A stretch of 64,000 nt of DNA, taken from Okamejei kenojei. Taxonomy: Eukaryota. The stretch's first letter is position 1. Each line of letters starts with the position of its first letter. The stretch spans positions 7,130,001-7,194,000 of the forward strand of contig CM069161.1 in NCBI GenBank assembly GCA_035221665.1. Direction: 5' to 3'. Below the pieces are notes generated by a model. That model was not told the origin of the DNA. It did no database searches and was given only the letters and a program-made list of their open reading frames with translations. The translations under genes and the position numbers were made by a program. Shown here piece after piece: positions 22,311 through 35,620 of the stretch.

Positions 22311-22789
22311 TGCAGCCCCAGGTACTCCTACACGTCGACCAAAACTGCACCAAATGTCATGTGATGGAGGTGGTTCCTGCGGGGATGGTGGGAGGGAAAA
22401 AGTTGCCAGGAAACTTTTGTTAACTTTCTACCGACACGATCATTGAAACGGCGAGACACAGAGTCTTTCAAATAGCTTCTGAACTGTTGCTAAGGAATGC
22501 CAATAGCAGTCCTGTCAAACAAACATAACCTCTACAACAGGCGGTTCTCAATAACTTAAGCCTGTCATTGGAGAAACCAAGATAATAGGTATGCACCAAA
22601 TAAGCATAAGAGAGCAGTGAACAGGAATGCAGTTAAACTTCTTATCTCTATCATTATGAGTCTGGATGAATGACATTATGTTGAATGGTCCTTGTCAGCG
22701 GCATATTAGTTAAACTGACTGTCCACACCCCCCTAAAGATGCCGACTCAGGTAGTTTTCTTGCGTCATATTTCCAGTGACGGAGGTTCC

Positions 22790-23020
22790 ACTACTGAGTC
22801 CGTGCCAACCAGCGATCCTACACACCAGGGACAATTGACAACTTTTACCGAAGCCAATTAACTTGCAAACCTGTACGTCTTTGGAGTGCGGGAGGAAACC
22901 AGAGCACTCAGGGAAAACCCACGTGGTCACAGGGAGAATGTACAAACTCCCAGTGTGAGGATCGAACCTGCGTCTCTGGCTCTGTATGGCAGCAACTCTA
23001 CCGCTGCGCCACCGTGCCAC
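22790..23020 (-). mobile_element. HE1-type SINE
   Basis: ggcacggtggcgcagcggtagagttgctgcc head on the minus strand. Confidence 0.88.
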
Positions 23021-23746
23021 CACGTACTGTCAAGTACCGTCTTTGTGGAACTTGCCTCGTTCACTTTGCACGTGGCTGGATAGGTTGAGAAGGACATGGG
23101 CCAAACGTGGGCAGGTGGGACTAGTGTGGATGGGAGCATGTTGGTCGCCCCCCCCCCCCCCCCCCCCCACCCTGCTACCATCAGGAAGAAGGTGCAGGGG
23201 CCCGAGTATCGTTATCTTCAGCTTCAAGACTAGCTTCTTCCCATCTCGTTATCTTCAGCTTCTTCCCATCAACCAGCAGGTTCTAGAACCGGAGACACAA
23301 GGAACTGCAGATGCTGGTTGGCAAGAAAGAGGGGATAAAGTGCTGGAGCAACTCAGCAGGTTGGGAAGCATCTCTGGAGGACATGAATAGGTGATGTTTC
23401 GGGTCAGGACCCTTCTTCAGAAGGTGGTTCTTGAACTACCCTGTGCAGCCCTAACCCCAAGTATCTCAGCAAAATACTATGGACTTTCCACTGCCAAGGA
23501 CGCAGTGCTTACGTGTACTATATACTGGGATTTATCTGGAATAATCGGTGAATTTAATGAGCCTGTAAAGCTGGAGTAAAAATAATGTAGTCGTTCTGGT
23601 CCAGGTACATCTGATGATTCAATAGTATTGTTTAGAACAGATTCAAAGCATTCAGAAGGTGTGGTGATTGCCACTGGGGTAGGGCTGAGTCACACCTGAG
23701 AGGACCTCTGAACAAGCATTATGTGAAAGTGCCCAAAATAAAATCT

Positions 23747-24025
23747 GGGCGGCAAGGTGGCACAACGGCAGAGGTGCTGCCTTACAGCGCTTACAGCACC
23801 AAAGACTCCGGTTCAATCCTGGCTACGGGTGCTTGTCTGTACGGAGTTTGTACGTTCTCCCCGTGACCTGCGTGGGTTTTCTCCGAGACCTACAGTTCTG
23901 TAGGTAAATTGGCTTGGTGTAAATGTGAAAATCGCCCCTCTTGCAGGATAGTGTTAGTGTGCGGGGATCGCGGGTTGGTGCGGACTCGAAGGGCCTGTTT
24001 CCGCTCTGTATCTCGAAACTAAAAT
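23747..24025 (+). mobile_element. HE1-type SINE
   Basis: Head, B-box ggttcaatcc, tail gaagggcctgtttccgctctgtatctc. Confidence 0.88.
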
Positions 24026-24369
24026 CACGGAGGCTTCAGAAAGAGATTCGAGTGAGGGGGTAAAATGGCTGAAAGGTCCACTCCAAATGGGAAAAATCAG
24101 ACAATGAAACACTTTTGCGCGGCAGCACAGACGACAATGGGATTGAACGACAGCGAGACGAGTCTGGAACAAGTCTGGAGACAAGCCCTAGAACAGGGAG
24201 GCAAGTCTACTACAATGTTTAAATGTACAACAGGTTCTGCAGACGGTCGAAAATGTTTCCCACAAATGGCAGTCGAATTTTCATTCGCGCTGGAAGCACA
24301 ATCAGATTTCGACATTGAGCTTCCAACAGAACACAATTACAATCATGGAATCATTATTGCACAGAATGC

Positions 24370-25030
24370 AACTGATGCAGCCGGCATCATCAGAGACCCA
24401 CACCACCCTGGCCACACACCCACTTCACTCCTGTCATCGGGAAGAAGATACAGGAGCCTGAAAACTGTAACGTAAAGGTTCAGGAACAGCTTCTTCCCTG
24501 CAACCATCAGGCTATAAAACACTACATCCTCCCAATAAGCTCAGAAGTACATAGACTGAGGGGCATTGGTTTTGTCTTTTTGCACTAACGGCCCAGCGGT
24601 AGAGTTGCTGCCTTACAGCGCCACAGACCTGGGATCGATCCTGACGACGGGTGCTGTCTGTACAGAGTTTGTACATTCTCCCCGTGACCCGCAGGGTTTT
24701 CTCCGGGATATCCGGTTTCCTCTCACATTCCAAAAATGTACGGGTCTATAGGTTAATTGGCTTGGTATAATTTTAAATTGTCCCTAGTGTGTATAGGTAG
24801 TGTTCGTGTGCGGGGGTCGCTGGTTGATGCGTACCCGGTGGGCCAAAGGGCCTGTTTCCGTGATGTATCTCTAAACTAAACTAAACTAAACACTATTGTA
24901 TACTGAACATTTTGTTGTTTATTGCATTGTTTACAGTGTACTATGTTTACACATTCTGTTGTGCTGCTGCAAATAAGAATTTCATTGTTCTGTCTGGTAC
25001 ATATGACAATAAAACTCTCTTGACTCTGGA
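24370..25030 (+). mobile_element. Rex1/Babar 3' fragment interrupted by an HE1 SINE (24590-24890)
   Basis: AAGIIRDPHHPGHT...SGRRYRSLKT; the 3'UTR resumes after the SINE and ends gacaataaaactctcttgact. Confidence 0.8.
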
Positions 25031-25299
25031 CAGATGGAGGCCATTCATCCCATCTAATCCGTAGCAGCTCCCTGCACACCAGCATCTTTGGATCTACTTC
25101 CCTTTAGTGTGCTAAATAATTTCCCCTTGTGTCCCGATGCATTGCCCTGTCGAAAGGCCTGACACTTTGTCGCCACTATTGCGGGTATTGAGTTCCACAC
25201 TATCATCGTGTGTTGCAGAACGTAAAAACATTTCACATCCCACCAGTGTCTATTGCTCATCAAGTGGCCCTGGTTCCCAAATCATCTGCTGATGGGAAC

Positions 25300-25801
25300 T
25301 AGGGTCGCCAACTTTCTCACTCCCAAATAAGGGACAAAAGATCAAAATACGGGACAAATTCCCGACGGCAATTCGTTGACCGACTCGGCCGTGGCTGGGT
25401 GGGTGAATGATGAGTTGGCTTGGGTACTGGACAGCACATAAAGCCCAGCCGGCGGGCCAGCTGAGGGGTTTTGGCACCCCATCCAAGTCCGGCACCCCAT
25501 CCAACTCATGAACCGATGATCGGCCATGAGAAGGAGGGGGTGGTGGTGGTGTTGGCGGTAAGCGAAGGTCCGAAGGTCGGACAGCTGGCCGGGCTGCCGA
25601 CCGACCGACGGGGCCATGGGCGAGCCGCTGCTGCTGCACTCCATGGGCTGCACTACGTCGGGACGGTGCGTTCCGACCTGACAGTCCCCTCAACCGAGTA
25701 GTAGCAGTCAAATACAGGACAAGGGTGGTCCCGTATGGGACAAACCAATTAAGCCCAATACACGGGATGTCCCGGCTAATACGGGACGGTTGGCAACCCT
25801 A
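25300..25801. mobile_element. hAT-superfamily MITE, 502 bp
   Basis: TIRs TAGGGTCGCCAAC and GTTGGCAACCCTA; perfect 8-bp TSD ATGGGAAC (25292-25299, 25802-25809); subterminal GGGACA motifs. Confidence 0.92.
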
Positions 25802-25974
25802 ATGGGAACAGTATTACCCAAACCACCTGATCCAAACCAGTCCAGATCCTACAAAGGAATTAAATTTTATTTTTGTTCCTTGTTGGATTCTCTCCACGCC
25901 TCTCTATCCGGTAATATCTATATCCATAACATAATATCCATATCTCGCCCCTTAATCTGACATACCTCTGACTT

Positions 25975-26560
25975 CGAAGATAGACACAAAAAGCTGGAAT
26001 AGCTCAGCGGGTCAGACAACATCTCTGGAGAGGAATAGGTGACGTGTCAGGTTGAGATGCTGCCTGTCCCGCTGAGATACTGCAGCTTTTTGTGCCTATC
26101 ATTGGTTTAAACCAGCATCTGCAATTCCTTCCGACACATACCTCTGACTTCAGTCTGTACAAGGGTTCCAACACGAAACGTCACATATTTCTATTCTCCA
26201 GAGATGCTGCCTGACCCGCTGGATACTCCAGCATTTTGTGTCTATCTTCGGTTTAAACCAGCATCTGTAGTTCCTTCCTGCACGTACCCCTGATCTTGGC
26301 TACCACCCGGCAACATTGAACTTTCTACTCACCATCTCTCACAACCAAAGAGCAGTCCTGAACCACTATCTACCTCGATGGTGACCCTCAGAATGTCCTT
26401 GTTTGAACTCTGCTGGCTTTACCTTGCACTAAACGTCACTCCCTTATCATGTACCTATACACTGTAAATGGCTCGATTGTAATCATGTATTGTCTTTCCA
26501 CTCACCGAATAGCACGCAACAAAAGCTTTTCACTGTACCTCGGTACGCGTGACAATAAAC
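25975..26560. mobile_element. Penelope terminal repeats (inverted and tandem, 25975-26285) followed by a Rex1-type 3'UTR (26330-26560 +)
   Basis: Family sequence as elsewhere; flanking duplication acatacctctgacttc at ~25960 and ~26135. Confidence 0.7.
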
Positions 26561-27269
26561 TGATCTGTAATTCTAACTCTTTTTTGTAAGCCCCCTTTTC
26601 TTTGAACCAACCTTTTACTCTCTCCTTGAGCAGCGGTGGTTCCTAGCTTCCCTTCCTGTCCAAAGCGTGAGGCGTCCAAAACAAAGGAATGAAGAGAATG
26701 GCATTCTGATGCCACTGGTCAAACGCATCACCAGACACCAACCCAACACCCCCCCCCCCCCCCCCCCCCTCCTCTCCCTTCCCAACACATACACACCCCC
26801 TGGATCCAGTTTCCACAGTCGCCAAGATCACTTTCCATTTTGGAAAGTTAATGGCTCTATACAAATGAAAGTGCTGCGGTTTAAACCTGTCAATGCAGCA
26901 ACTAGTTGGGTCTCTGTGTTGTGATGCGGATGGGCAAGAATCCTAGTAATCTGAATTGTACGTCTGAGCCCCAACACTACCCCCTTTGGGTGAAAGCATC
27001 TCCCTATCAGCTTCACTGGCAGTGCCCTTTTCCCCTGTTTTGCAAACTATTTATTACCTACAAGCTGGTGCGAGTTGTTTAAATGAACTTCTGTGTGTGG
27101 GGGGGTGGAGAGGCAAATCCTTACATGGCCCTGGAATATGTGTCGTTCCATCCATCTAACGGGAAGCGCTTCAGTCCTTAATTAAACCCGCCTTCAGGGC
27201 ACAGGGAGGGAGTGGGAAGGGGTAAGGGAGCAAGGACAGAATGCAGGTTCATTTCCATTCAGTCGTGAT

Positions 27270-27485
27270 GTTCAGTCACCAAGTGTAAGTGAAGCTGGTG
27301 ACACACCCTGTTGTCTGATTTTAGACCTGGTCCTTCGAGCAGCTGGTGGCTGCATTAAGCAGCGAGGCATTCCAGTTACTGTGGCAGCGACAGCTGCTCG
27401 ACCACAACTGGATAAGTGAAAGAGGAATCATTGGAGCCAACAGAATTCCTCTTGTGCAGGTCGTAAATTTTCACCAGATAGTTCA
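27270..27485. promoter_or_regulatory. Candidate enhancer with NKX2, T-box, E-box, MCAT and GATA motifs, upstream of GJD3
   Basis: CAAGTG 27280, TAAGTG 27286 and 27413, GGTGACACACC 27297, CAGCTG 27340 and 27391, CATTCC 27368, CAACTG 27405, GATAAG 27411, AGATAG 27476; non-repeat sequence. Confidence 0.4.
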
Positions 27486-27604
27486 CTTGTGTACGTAAGA
27501 ACAGAAGAGATTAGTTTCTTGATCAATGTAAATCACACGGAGGTCTGGAGGACATAAAATGCTGGAGTAACTCGGTGGGTCAGGCACAGAACAGGTGACG
27601 TCCA

Positions 27605-27805
27605 GGTGTGGGGGAGGGGAGGGGTGGGCATGGGATGGGTGGAGAGGGGAGGGAGTGGAGAGGGGTGAGGGAGGGGTAGGGTAGGGAGTGGAGAAGGGAG
27701 GGATGGGGAGGGGGTAGGGAGTGGGGGAGGGGTGTGGAGGTGATGGGGAGGAGGTGGAGAAGGGGAGGGATTTGGGGTTTGGGGAGGAAAAGGGGAGGTG
27801 AGGTG
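27605..27805 (+). repeat. G/purine-rich low-complexity tract with G-quadruplex potential
   Basis: Many GGG/GGGG runs over 200 bp. Confidence 0.85.
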
Positions 27806-27859
27806 TTCTCAGATATCTGGCCACTGTCTTCACTCACTTTTGATCTTTCCAAATCAAGA

Positions 27860-30070
27860 GGTGTATAAATGATGTGGGGAATAGATAGGGTGAATAGGGG
27901 TGATCTTATAGAGGTTTAAAACACCATAGGAGGAATAGACAGAGTAAATGCAGAGTCTTTTACCCAGAGTAGGGGAATCACAAACCAGAGGACATAGTTT
28001 TAAGGTGATTGGGGCAATAGGTACTGAGGGGCAACTTTTCTACAAAAAGGGTGGTGGGTATATGGAGCGAGCTATCAGAGGAGGTAATTGAGACATTAAG
28101 TGACACTTGGACAGGTACATGAATAAGAACGGTTTGGAGGGATATGGGCCAAATGGGATTAAATGGGATTAGCTTAGATGGGACTTCTTGGTCAATAGAC
28201 AATAGGTGCAGGAAAGGGCCCTTCGAGTCAGCATCGCCATTCACTGTGATCATGGCTGATCATCCCCAATCAGTACCCCGTTCTTGCCTTCTCCACATAT
28301 CCCCTGACTCCGCTACCTTTGAGAGCTCTATCTAACTCTCAGCATAGACAAGTTGGGCTGAGGGGCCTATTCTCGTTCTTTATGACTATGGGTCATTTAT
28401 TACTTTGGAGAATTTTATGGCAACTATTAAGGATCTAAAATAAATTGTTTATCGACAGTTTTTAACTACAAACAGTTTATTTCCATAAACTAAATCAGTG
28501 GAAAGTTACAATTCTTTGAATGTTACAAAGGAGTTCACCTCTGCCCGCCCACAACCACTGCCAAGGACCTGGCTACAATCGGTGATTCCACTTGCCTTCT
28601 GTATCAGTGGGTTGAGAGTCATAGAGTGATACATCGTGGAAGCAGGCCCCTCAGCCCAACTTGCCCGCACCGGCCAACATGTCCCAGCCACGTTCGTCCC
28701 ATCTGCCTGCGTTTGCCCCATATCCCACCTAACCTGTCCTATCCATGTCTATCTGTTTCTTAAACGTTGGGATAGTCCCTGCCTCAACTACCTCCTCTGG
28801 CAGCTTGTTCCACACAACCACCACCCTTGGTGTGAAATAGTTACCCCTCAGATTCCTATTAAATCTTTTCCCCTTCACCTTAAACCGATGTCCTCTGGTC
28901 CTCGATTCACCTAATCTGGGCAAGAGACTCCGTGCGTCTACGTGATCTATGCCTCTCATGAACTTATACATCTCTATAAGGTCACCCTTCATCCTCCTGC
29001 GCTCCAAGGAATAGAATCACAACCTACTCAACCTCTGCCAATATACCAGAACCTCTAGTCGTGGCATCATTAACTTACTCCAGAGAGGTACAGCATAGAA
29101 ATAGGGCCTTTGTTTCATTGAATCCATGCTGACCATCGATCGCGTGTCCACACCAGCTCTATGTTCTCCCACTTTCTCATCCACGCATGAGGCACAAATT
29201 ACAGAGACCACTTGGCTTACAAACCTGCACATCTTTCAAATGTGGGAGGAAAGCCACGCCGTCACGGGGACAGCGTGCAAACTCCACACAAGCAGCACTC
29301 GAGGTCAGGATGGAACCCTTGGAAAAGAGAGGCAACAGCCCTACCAGCTGCGGCACTGTATCACCTTTCTATTCCTTGGTAGCCAGCTCCTTTTTACCTA
29401 CACAGCGCCTCACCTGTGCCAGGGTTTAGCTCTGATTGATCTTTCTTTAATAAGATTCTGCATCTTAAAATAAGACTTACTTCCTTAGTTTTGCCAAAGG
29501 CTCTTTTTCACTTCTCCTGACCAACCTCATTACGACTGCTTGACTTACTTCCAACTGATTTAGTTGAGTGATAATCACCACTCCTAACTGGTTCTTGCAA
29601 TGAATGATTAACTTGACTACTTGTAAAAAGTGGCAGCGAAGAGAACCTGCTTCTGTTTTGACCCCAGGCTAATGAAGAAAAATAATTTGGAGTTCACAAG
29701 TTCACACGTTATGGGAGTAGAATTAGGCCATTCGGCCCATCGAGTCTACTCCGCCATTCAACGATGGCTGATCTCTGCCTCCTGTTCCCATTCTCCTGCC
29801 TTCTCCCCATAACCCTTGACGCCTGTTCTAATCAATAATTTGTCTATTTCTGCCTTAAAAATATCCACTGACCTGGCCTCCACTGCCCTCTGCGGCAATG
29901 AGTTCCACAGATTCACCACCCTCTGACTAAAGAAATTCCTCCTCATCTCCTTCCTAAAAGAATGTCCTTTAAATCTGAGGCCGTGACCTTTAGTCCTAGA
30001 TTGTTCCACTAATGGAAACACCCTCTCCACACCCACTCTATCCAAGCCTTTCACTATTCTGTACGTTTCT
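27860..30070. mobile_element. Cluster of CR1 3' fragments (+ 27860-28390 with an inverted insert; - 28615-29040; - 29692-30070) and a SINE (- 29080-29360)
   Basis: ORFs 28729-29007 and 29758-30120 are CR1 ORF2 C-termini (TRGHRFKVKG; FFSQRVVNLWNSLP). Confidence 0.85.
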
Positions 30071-30115
30071 AGGAGCACAGGCCACTCGTGTGTGAAGAGG
30101 ATTATGGTGGTATCT

Positions 30116-30572
30116 TTCAAGATTCAAGATTCAAGAGAGTATATTGTCACGTGTCCCTGATAGGACAATGAAATTCCTGCTTTGCTTCAGCACAACGGAA
30201 CATAGTAGGCATGACTACAGAACAGATCAGTGTGTCCATATACCATTATATAAATATATACCCACATGAATAAATAAACTGATAAAGTGTAAATAAACAG
30301 ATAATGGGTTATTAATGTTCAAAGTTTTGTCCGAGCCAGGTTTAATAGCCTGATGGCTGTGGGGAAGTAGCTATTCCTGAACCTGGTCGTTGCCGTCTTC
30401 AGGCTCCTGTACCTTCTACCTGAAGGTAGCGGGGAGATGAGTGTGTGGCCAGGATGGTGTGGGTCCTTGGTGATGCTGCCAGCCTTTTTGAGGCAGTGAC
30501 TGCGATAGATCTCCTCGATGGAAGGGAGGTCAGAGCCGATGATGGACTGGGCAGTGTTTACTACTTTTTGTA
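30116..30572 (-). mobile_element. Rex1/Babar LINE 3' fragment
   Basis: LQKVVNTAQSIIGSDLPSIEEIY...KDPHHPGH...PLPSGRRYRS...FPTAIRLLN; (gaatctt)n tail. Confidence 0.88.
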
Positions 30573-31214
30573 GTAATCTGAGCGTCATTACTCTGTAATC
30601 TTTCATCTGAGCATCATTACTCTGATCCTATCAAATGCACAGATTCCTGCTTTGCATAATCCGTGATGGAGGAACTTGCTTGAGACTGAGAGCACACGAT
30701 AAATGGACATGTTTCTGTCGTGTCCTCCAGAGCGTTTCCTGAGAAATTGGCCCACACTATTCTCGGGTACATCATTCGCAGGCCAGGGGCTGGGGGACAT
30801 TGCTCACGCTGGTTCCCGCACTTGCCTTCTCACTTCCAAACAGACTGTTCCTCCCCACCCCTGAAGTACAGACATCCCCACCTGAGAAGGGCACCTTCTT
30901 CAGACTGAGAGAGGGTCCCGACCTGAAACGTCACCTATCCACATTCTCCAGGTATGCTGCCCGTCCCGCTGAGTTACTCCAGCACTTTGTGTCTTTTTAT
31001 GAAAAACGAGACACTTGACATGTATCAGCTGTCAAATTCATAAAATGGTAAGTAACGGCACCAGGCCAGAATAGTAAGGAAGTAGCGTGAAAAATGTTAA
31101 ACAAAATGCCGATGCCGAAAGTCTGAAACAAGTATGAAAAATGCTGGAAATACTGCTGGAAATGTCGGTCAGGTAACATCTGTGGAAAGTGAAACAAGAA
31201 AGACAAGAGAAACT

Positions 31215-34073
31215 GTGGCGGCAAGGTGGCGCAGGGGTAGAGTTGCTGCCTTACAGCGCTGGAGGCCCTGGTTCGATCCCAACTACTGACGCTGTCTGTA
31301 CGGAGTTTGTACTTTCTCCCCGTGACCGCGTGGGTTTTCTCCGAGATCTCCGGGTTCCATCCACACTCCAAAGACGTGCAGGTTTGTTGGTTAATTGGCC
31401 TGGTCTAAGTGTAAATTGTCCCGAGTGTGTGTAGGATAGTGTTAGTGTGGGAACTCATTGGGCCAAAGGGCCTGTTTCCACGTTGTGTGTCTAGACTAAA
31501 CAAGAATTAGTTATCATTTCAAGGTGAGGACCCTTCATCACACTTTTCTCTCACCTGAAACGTTAACTCTGTTTCCCTTTCCGCAGATGCTCTCTGACTT
31601 GCTGTGTTTTGCCAGTATTTTTCTGGTTAAGTCCTGTGCCCGCTACTTTTCATCCACTTCTCTGACTGACCAATTATCCTTCTGCTTTACCCTATTAATT
31701 ATCCTTCCCACTGAGTCCACGCCGACCAGCGATCCCCGCACATTAACACTATCCGACACACACGTGGAACAATTTTACATTTGTAGCGAGCCACTTAACC
31801 TGCAAACCTGTGTGTCGTTGGAGAGTGGGAGGAAACCGAAGATCTCGGAGAAAACCCACACAGGTCATGGGGAGAACGTGCAAACTCCGTACAGACAGCA
31901 CCCGTAGTCAGGGTTAAACTCGGGTCTCTGGCGCTGTAAGGCAGCACCGTGCCGCCCCGTTCACTCTGGGTCCTGGGCATTGCTTCAGTGGATCTGAAGA
32001 CATGGCAGGTGAAATTGTGCTAAAATAATTCTCCCTTCTATTGGAGCTGAAGCACCATGATTTCAACCAGCTACTGATAAACTGTAGGTAGACAAAAATG
32101 CTGGAGAAACTCAGCGGGCGAGGCAGCATCTATGGAGCGAAGGAAATGGGCGACATTTCGGGCCGAAACCCTTCTTCAGACTGACTGTAATTAGTTAGCA
32201 ACTCCCCGTCATAGTGGCAGGAAAGGACTATTTCACCACCAGCACTCACTTTATTACAGTTAAATAAATGAGCAGTTCTATTGTCAAAAATTCTAAAGGG
32301 TAGTTTTGCTTCATTGCTTCCTCCCACTGAATTCCTTTCCTGCTCTGAAAAGTGGATTGCTTTCATCATTCAAACTTTTATTTTTCCATTAACCCAAGTG
32401 CCAGTTCAGGTAGAGATGATTGTTCTGGCTCCTGGACTTTGAAAGCTCATATCTATTGTTTTTCTGGAAATATTCAAAATAAATCAAGTAATTGTGAGAA
32501 GACGGCAGTAAAACCAACGTTTATGTGGAATTCATCCAGACGGAAGCAGAGCAACGAGTTGCAGCTCCGTGCCTGGAGTCACAGTAGTGTGTGTGTGTGT
32601 GTAGGAGAGGGACAGGGGGAAGGGGAGAGGGAGAGAGACAGACAGACAGAGAGAGACAGAGGCATTTTTGGTCCTAACCTCGGGTGCTGCCTGTGGGGAG
32701 TTTGCACGCTTTCCCTGTGACCATGTGGGTTTGCTCTGGGTCCTCCAGTTTCCTGCCACATCCCAAAAAAGTGCAGCTTTGTAGGTTCAATGACTTCTGT
32801 AAATTGCCCCTCTAGTGTAAGGAGTGGAAGTGAAAGTGGGATAACATAGAATTAGTGTGACCATGGTTAGCATGGTCTCGGCAGGCCGAAGGGCCTGTTT
32901 CCATGCTGTATCTTTCATCAATCATAATTGTGTTTGTTTTTATCCAATTTCTTTCTAAACTCCAGCTTTTTTAGGAAGGAGGGGTTTGGAATAAACAAAA
33001 GTGTAAGTGATCATGTTAGATAAGATTGGGTACAATTATAAAACCTAATATTGGGACTTCCGTTAGGTCTCGGCCCAAAACGTCATGTATCCACGTTCTC
33101 CAGAGACGCTGCCTGATCTGCTGAGTTACACCAGCACTTTGTGTCTTGAGTCTAGCGAGATACAGCTCGGAAACGGGCCTTCGGCCCAAGGTGTCTGCAC
33201 TGAAAGTGATTACCGTACACTAGCACCATCCCACACACTCGAGATAATTACTGAAGCAAAATCTTCCTACAAACCTGTACATCTTTGGAGTGCGGGAGGA
33301 ATCTGGAGCACCCGGAAAAAGCCCACGCAGGTCACGTATAAACTCAGTACAGACAGCACCCGCAGTCAGGATCAAAATCAGGTCTCTGGCGCAATGGAAC
33401 TCTACCACGGCACCACCCCGTGCCTCGTGTCCTTTGGTGTATGAATGAGTAACGGTGGTTTCTTGTTTCTAGGAGTTAATTATCAAGGCCGGGCATCAAA
33501 AGAGCTGGTCCCCTCACAGGCCTTACCTCAATGCAGGCACCCATTGCTCTGACCTGGGTTCCACAACTAAAACCTCCCCCACTGACTCCAGCCAGACCCT
33601 CAATGACCCCAATCCACCTGAGCACTGGAAAACGTGATGATGACCCCAATCCACCAAAGTTATCCTCTCCACAACACCTGCGTTTTAGACTTGCATCACA
33701 TGTCCCTGCTATATTGTGGGGCAGAACCAATATTCATTTACTTACAGCAGGTGTAGGAAGGAACTGGTGGCACGGTGGCGCAGCGGTAGAGTTGCTGCCT
33801 TACAGCGCTTGCAGCGGCAGAGATCAGGGTTCGATCCCCATTACGGGTGCTGTCTGTACGGAGTTTGCACGTTCTCCCCGTGACCCGCGTGGGTTTTCTC
33901 CGAGATCTTCTGTTTCCTCCCACACTCCAAAGACGCACAGGTTTGTCGGTTAATTAGCTTGGTCTAAGTGTAAATTGTCCCTAGTGTGTGTTAGTGTGCT
34001 GGGATCGCTGGTGGGCACAGACTCGGTGGGCCGAAGGGCCTGTTTCCGTGATGTATCTCTAAACTAAACTAAA
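31215..34073. mobile_element. Five HE1-type SINE copies (+31215-31500, -31705-31960, +32560-32920, -33155-33420, +33765-34073) plus short Penelope fragments
   Basis: Repeated head, V-domain and tail consensus. Confidence 0.85.
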
Positions 34074-34244
34074 TTGCAGATGCTGTTTGAAACCGAAGAT
34101 AGACACAAAATCTTTATTTTATTTTATTTATTTAATAATTTTATTTATCAATATAGACTCTTAGATGCTTGGAGAATCACTTCAAATGCAACTCTCTGTC
34201 CATGGAACAAACCGCCTGATAGAAGTTTATGCAACACATCTGGT

Positions 34245-35620
34245 ATATAGAGTCATACAGTACACAAACAGGCCCTTCAGCCCAACACATCCATGCCAAC
34301 CAAGATGCCCATCTACACTGGTTCCATTTGACCCATATTTTTTTACCTCCAAACTTTTCCTATCCAGTTATTTGTCATAAGAGAGAGGAGTAGAATTAGG
34401 CCATTCGTTTATTCTGCCCTTCAATCATGGTTGATCTATCTCTCCCTCCTGACCCCATTCTCCTGCCATCTCCCCATAACCTCTGACACCTGTACTAATC
34501 AATATCTCTGCCTTAATCTGACTAGGCCTCCACCCTTCACGGCCTTCTGTGGCAAAGAATTCCACAGATTCACCACCCTCTGACTAAAGAGTCCAAACGC
34601 CTTTCAAACTTTATTATAGTGCCTGCCTCAACCAGTTTGTCTGGTAGCTCGTTCCATCTCCCAACCACCTTATGTAAAAATGTTGCCCCTCAGGTATTTA
34701 TTGAATCTTTCCCCTCGCCCTTAAACCTGTGACCTTTCGTTCTCGATTCCCCATCGCTGGGGAAAACGACGGTGTGCGTTCGCCCTATCTAACTCCCAGA
34801 AGGCTTCAATGGTCAATAGATTATTATCACATGTACCAAAGTACGGTGTTACACTTTATTTTACACACAGCTCAGGAAGACTATCATCGTACAGATGCAC
34901 AATCCTCCAGTTCGCATCTAAATACTACAGGGAATAGGTTTAGAAACATAGAAAATAGTGTGGGAGTAGGCCATTCGGCAGTACCGCCATTCAATGTGAT
35001 CATGGCTGATCATCCGCAATCAGTACCCCGTTCTTGTTTTTTTCCCCCAAATCCCTTGATTCCGTTAGCCCAAAGAGCTAAATCTAACTCTCTCTTGAAA
35101 ACATCCAGTGAATCGGCCACCACTGCCTTCTGTGGCAGAGAATTCCACAGAGTTCAAAGGAGTCTTAGGTGAGAAGCTCTTTCTCTTTTCACACAGAATG
35201 GCGGGTGCCTGGAACGCGCTGTCAGGGGAAGGGTGGAAGCAGATACGATGGTGAAATTAAAGAGTCATTTAGACAGGCGCATGAACAGGCAGGGAATGGA
35301 AGGGATATGGATCACGTGTAGGCAAATTGTTTAGTGTAGAGATACAGTGCGGAAACAGGCCCTTCGGCCCATCAGGTCCGCGCCGACCAGCGATCCCCGC
35401 ACATTAACACTATCCTATCCTAGGGACAATTTTTACACTTATACCAAGCCAATTAACCTACAAACCTGTACGTCTTTGGAGTGTGGGAGGAAACCGAAGA
35501 TCTCGGAGAAAACCCACGCAAGTCACAGAGAGAAAGTACAAACTCTGTATAGACAGCGCCCGTAGTCGGGATCGAACCCGGCGGTGCATTCGCTGTAAGG
35601 CAGCAACTCTACCGTGACCG
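34245..35620. mobile_element. Nested CR1 3' fragments followed by an HE1 SINE (- 35328-35620)
   Basis: CR1 tails (caatcagtaccccgttc, gaattccacaga) and SINE consensus. Confidence 0.8.

Noticed and set aside
25250-25711. 153-aa and 103-aa ORFs as a transposase or gene
   Set aside because: They come from the GC-rich MITE interior and have no transposase motifs
27483-27852. Proline-rich ORFs
   Set aside because: They are translations of the G/C low-complexity tract
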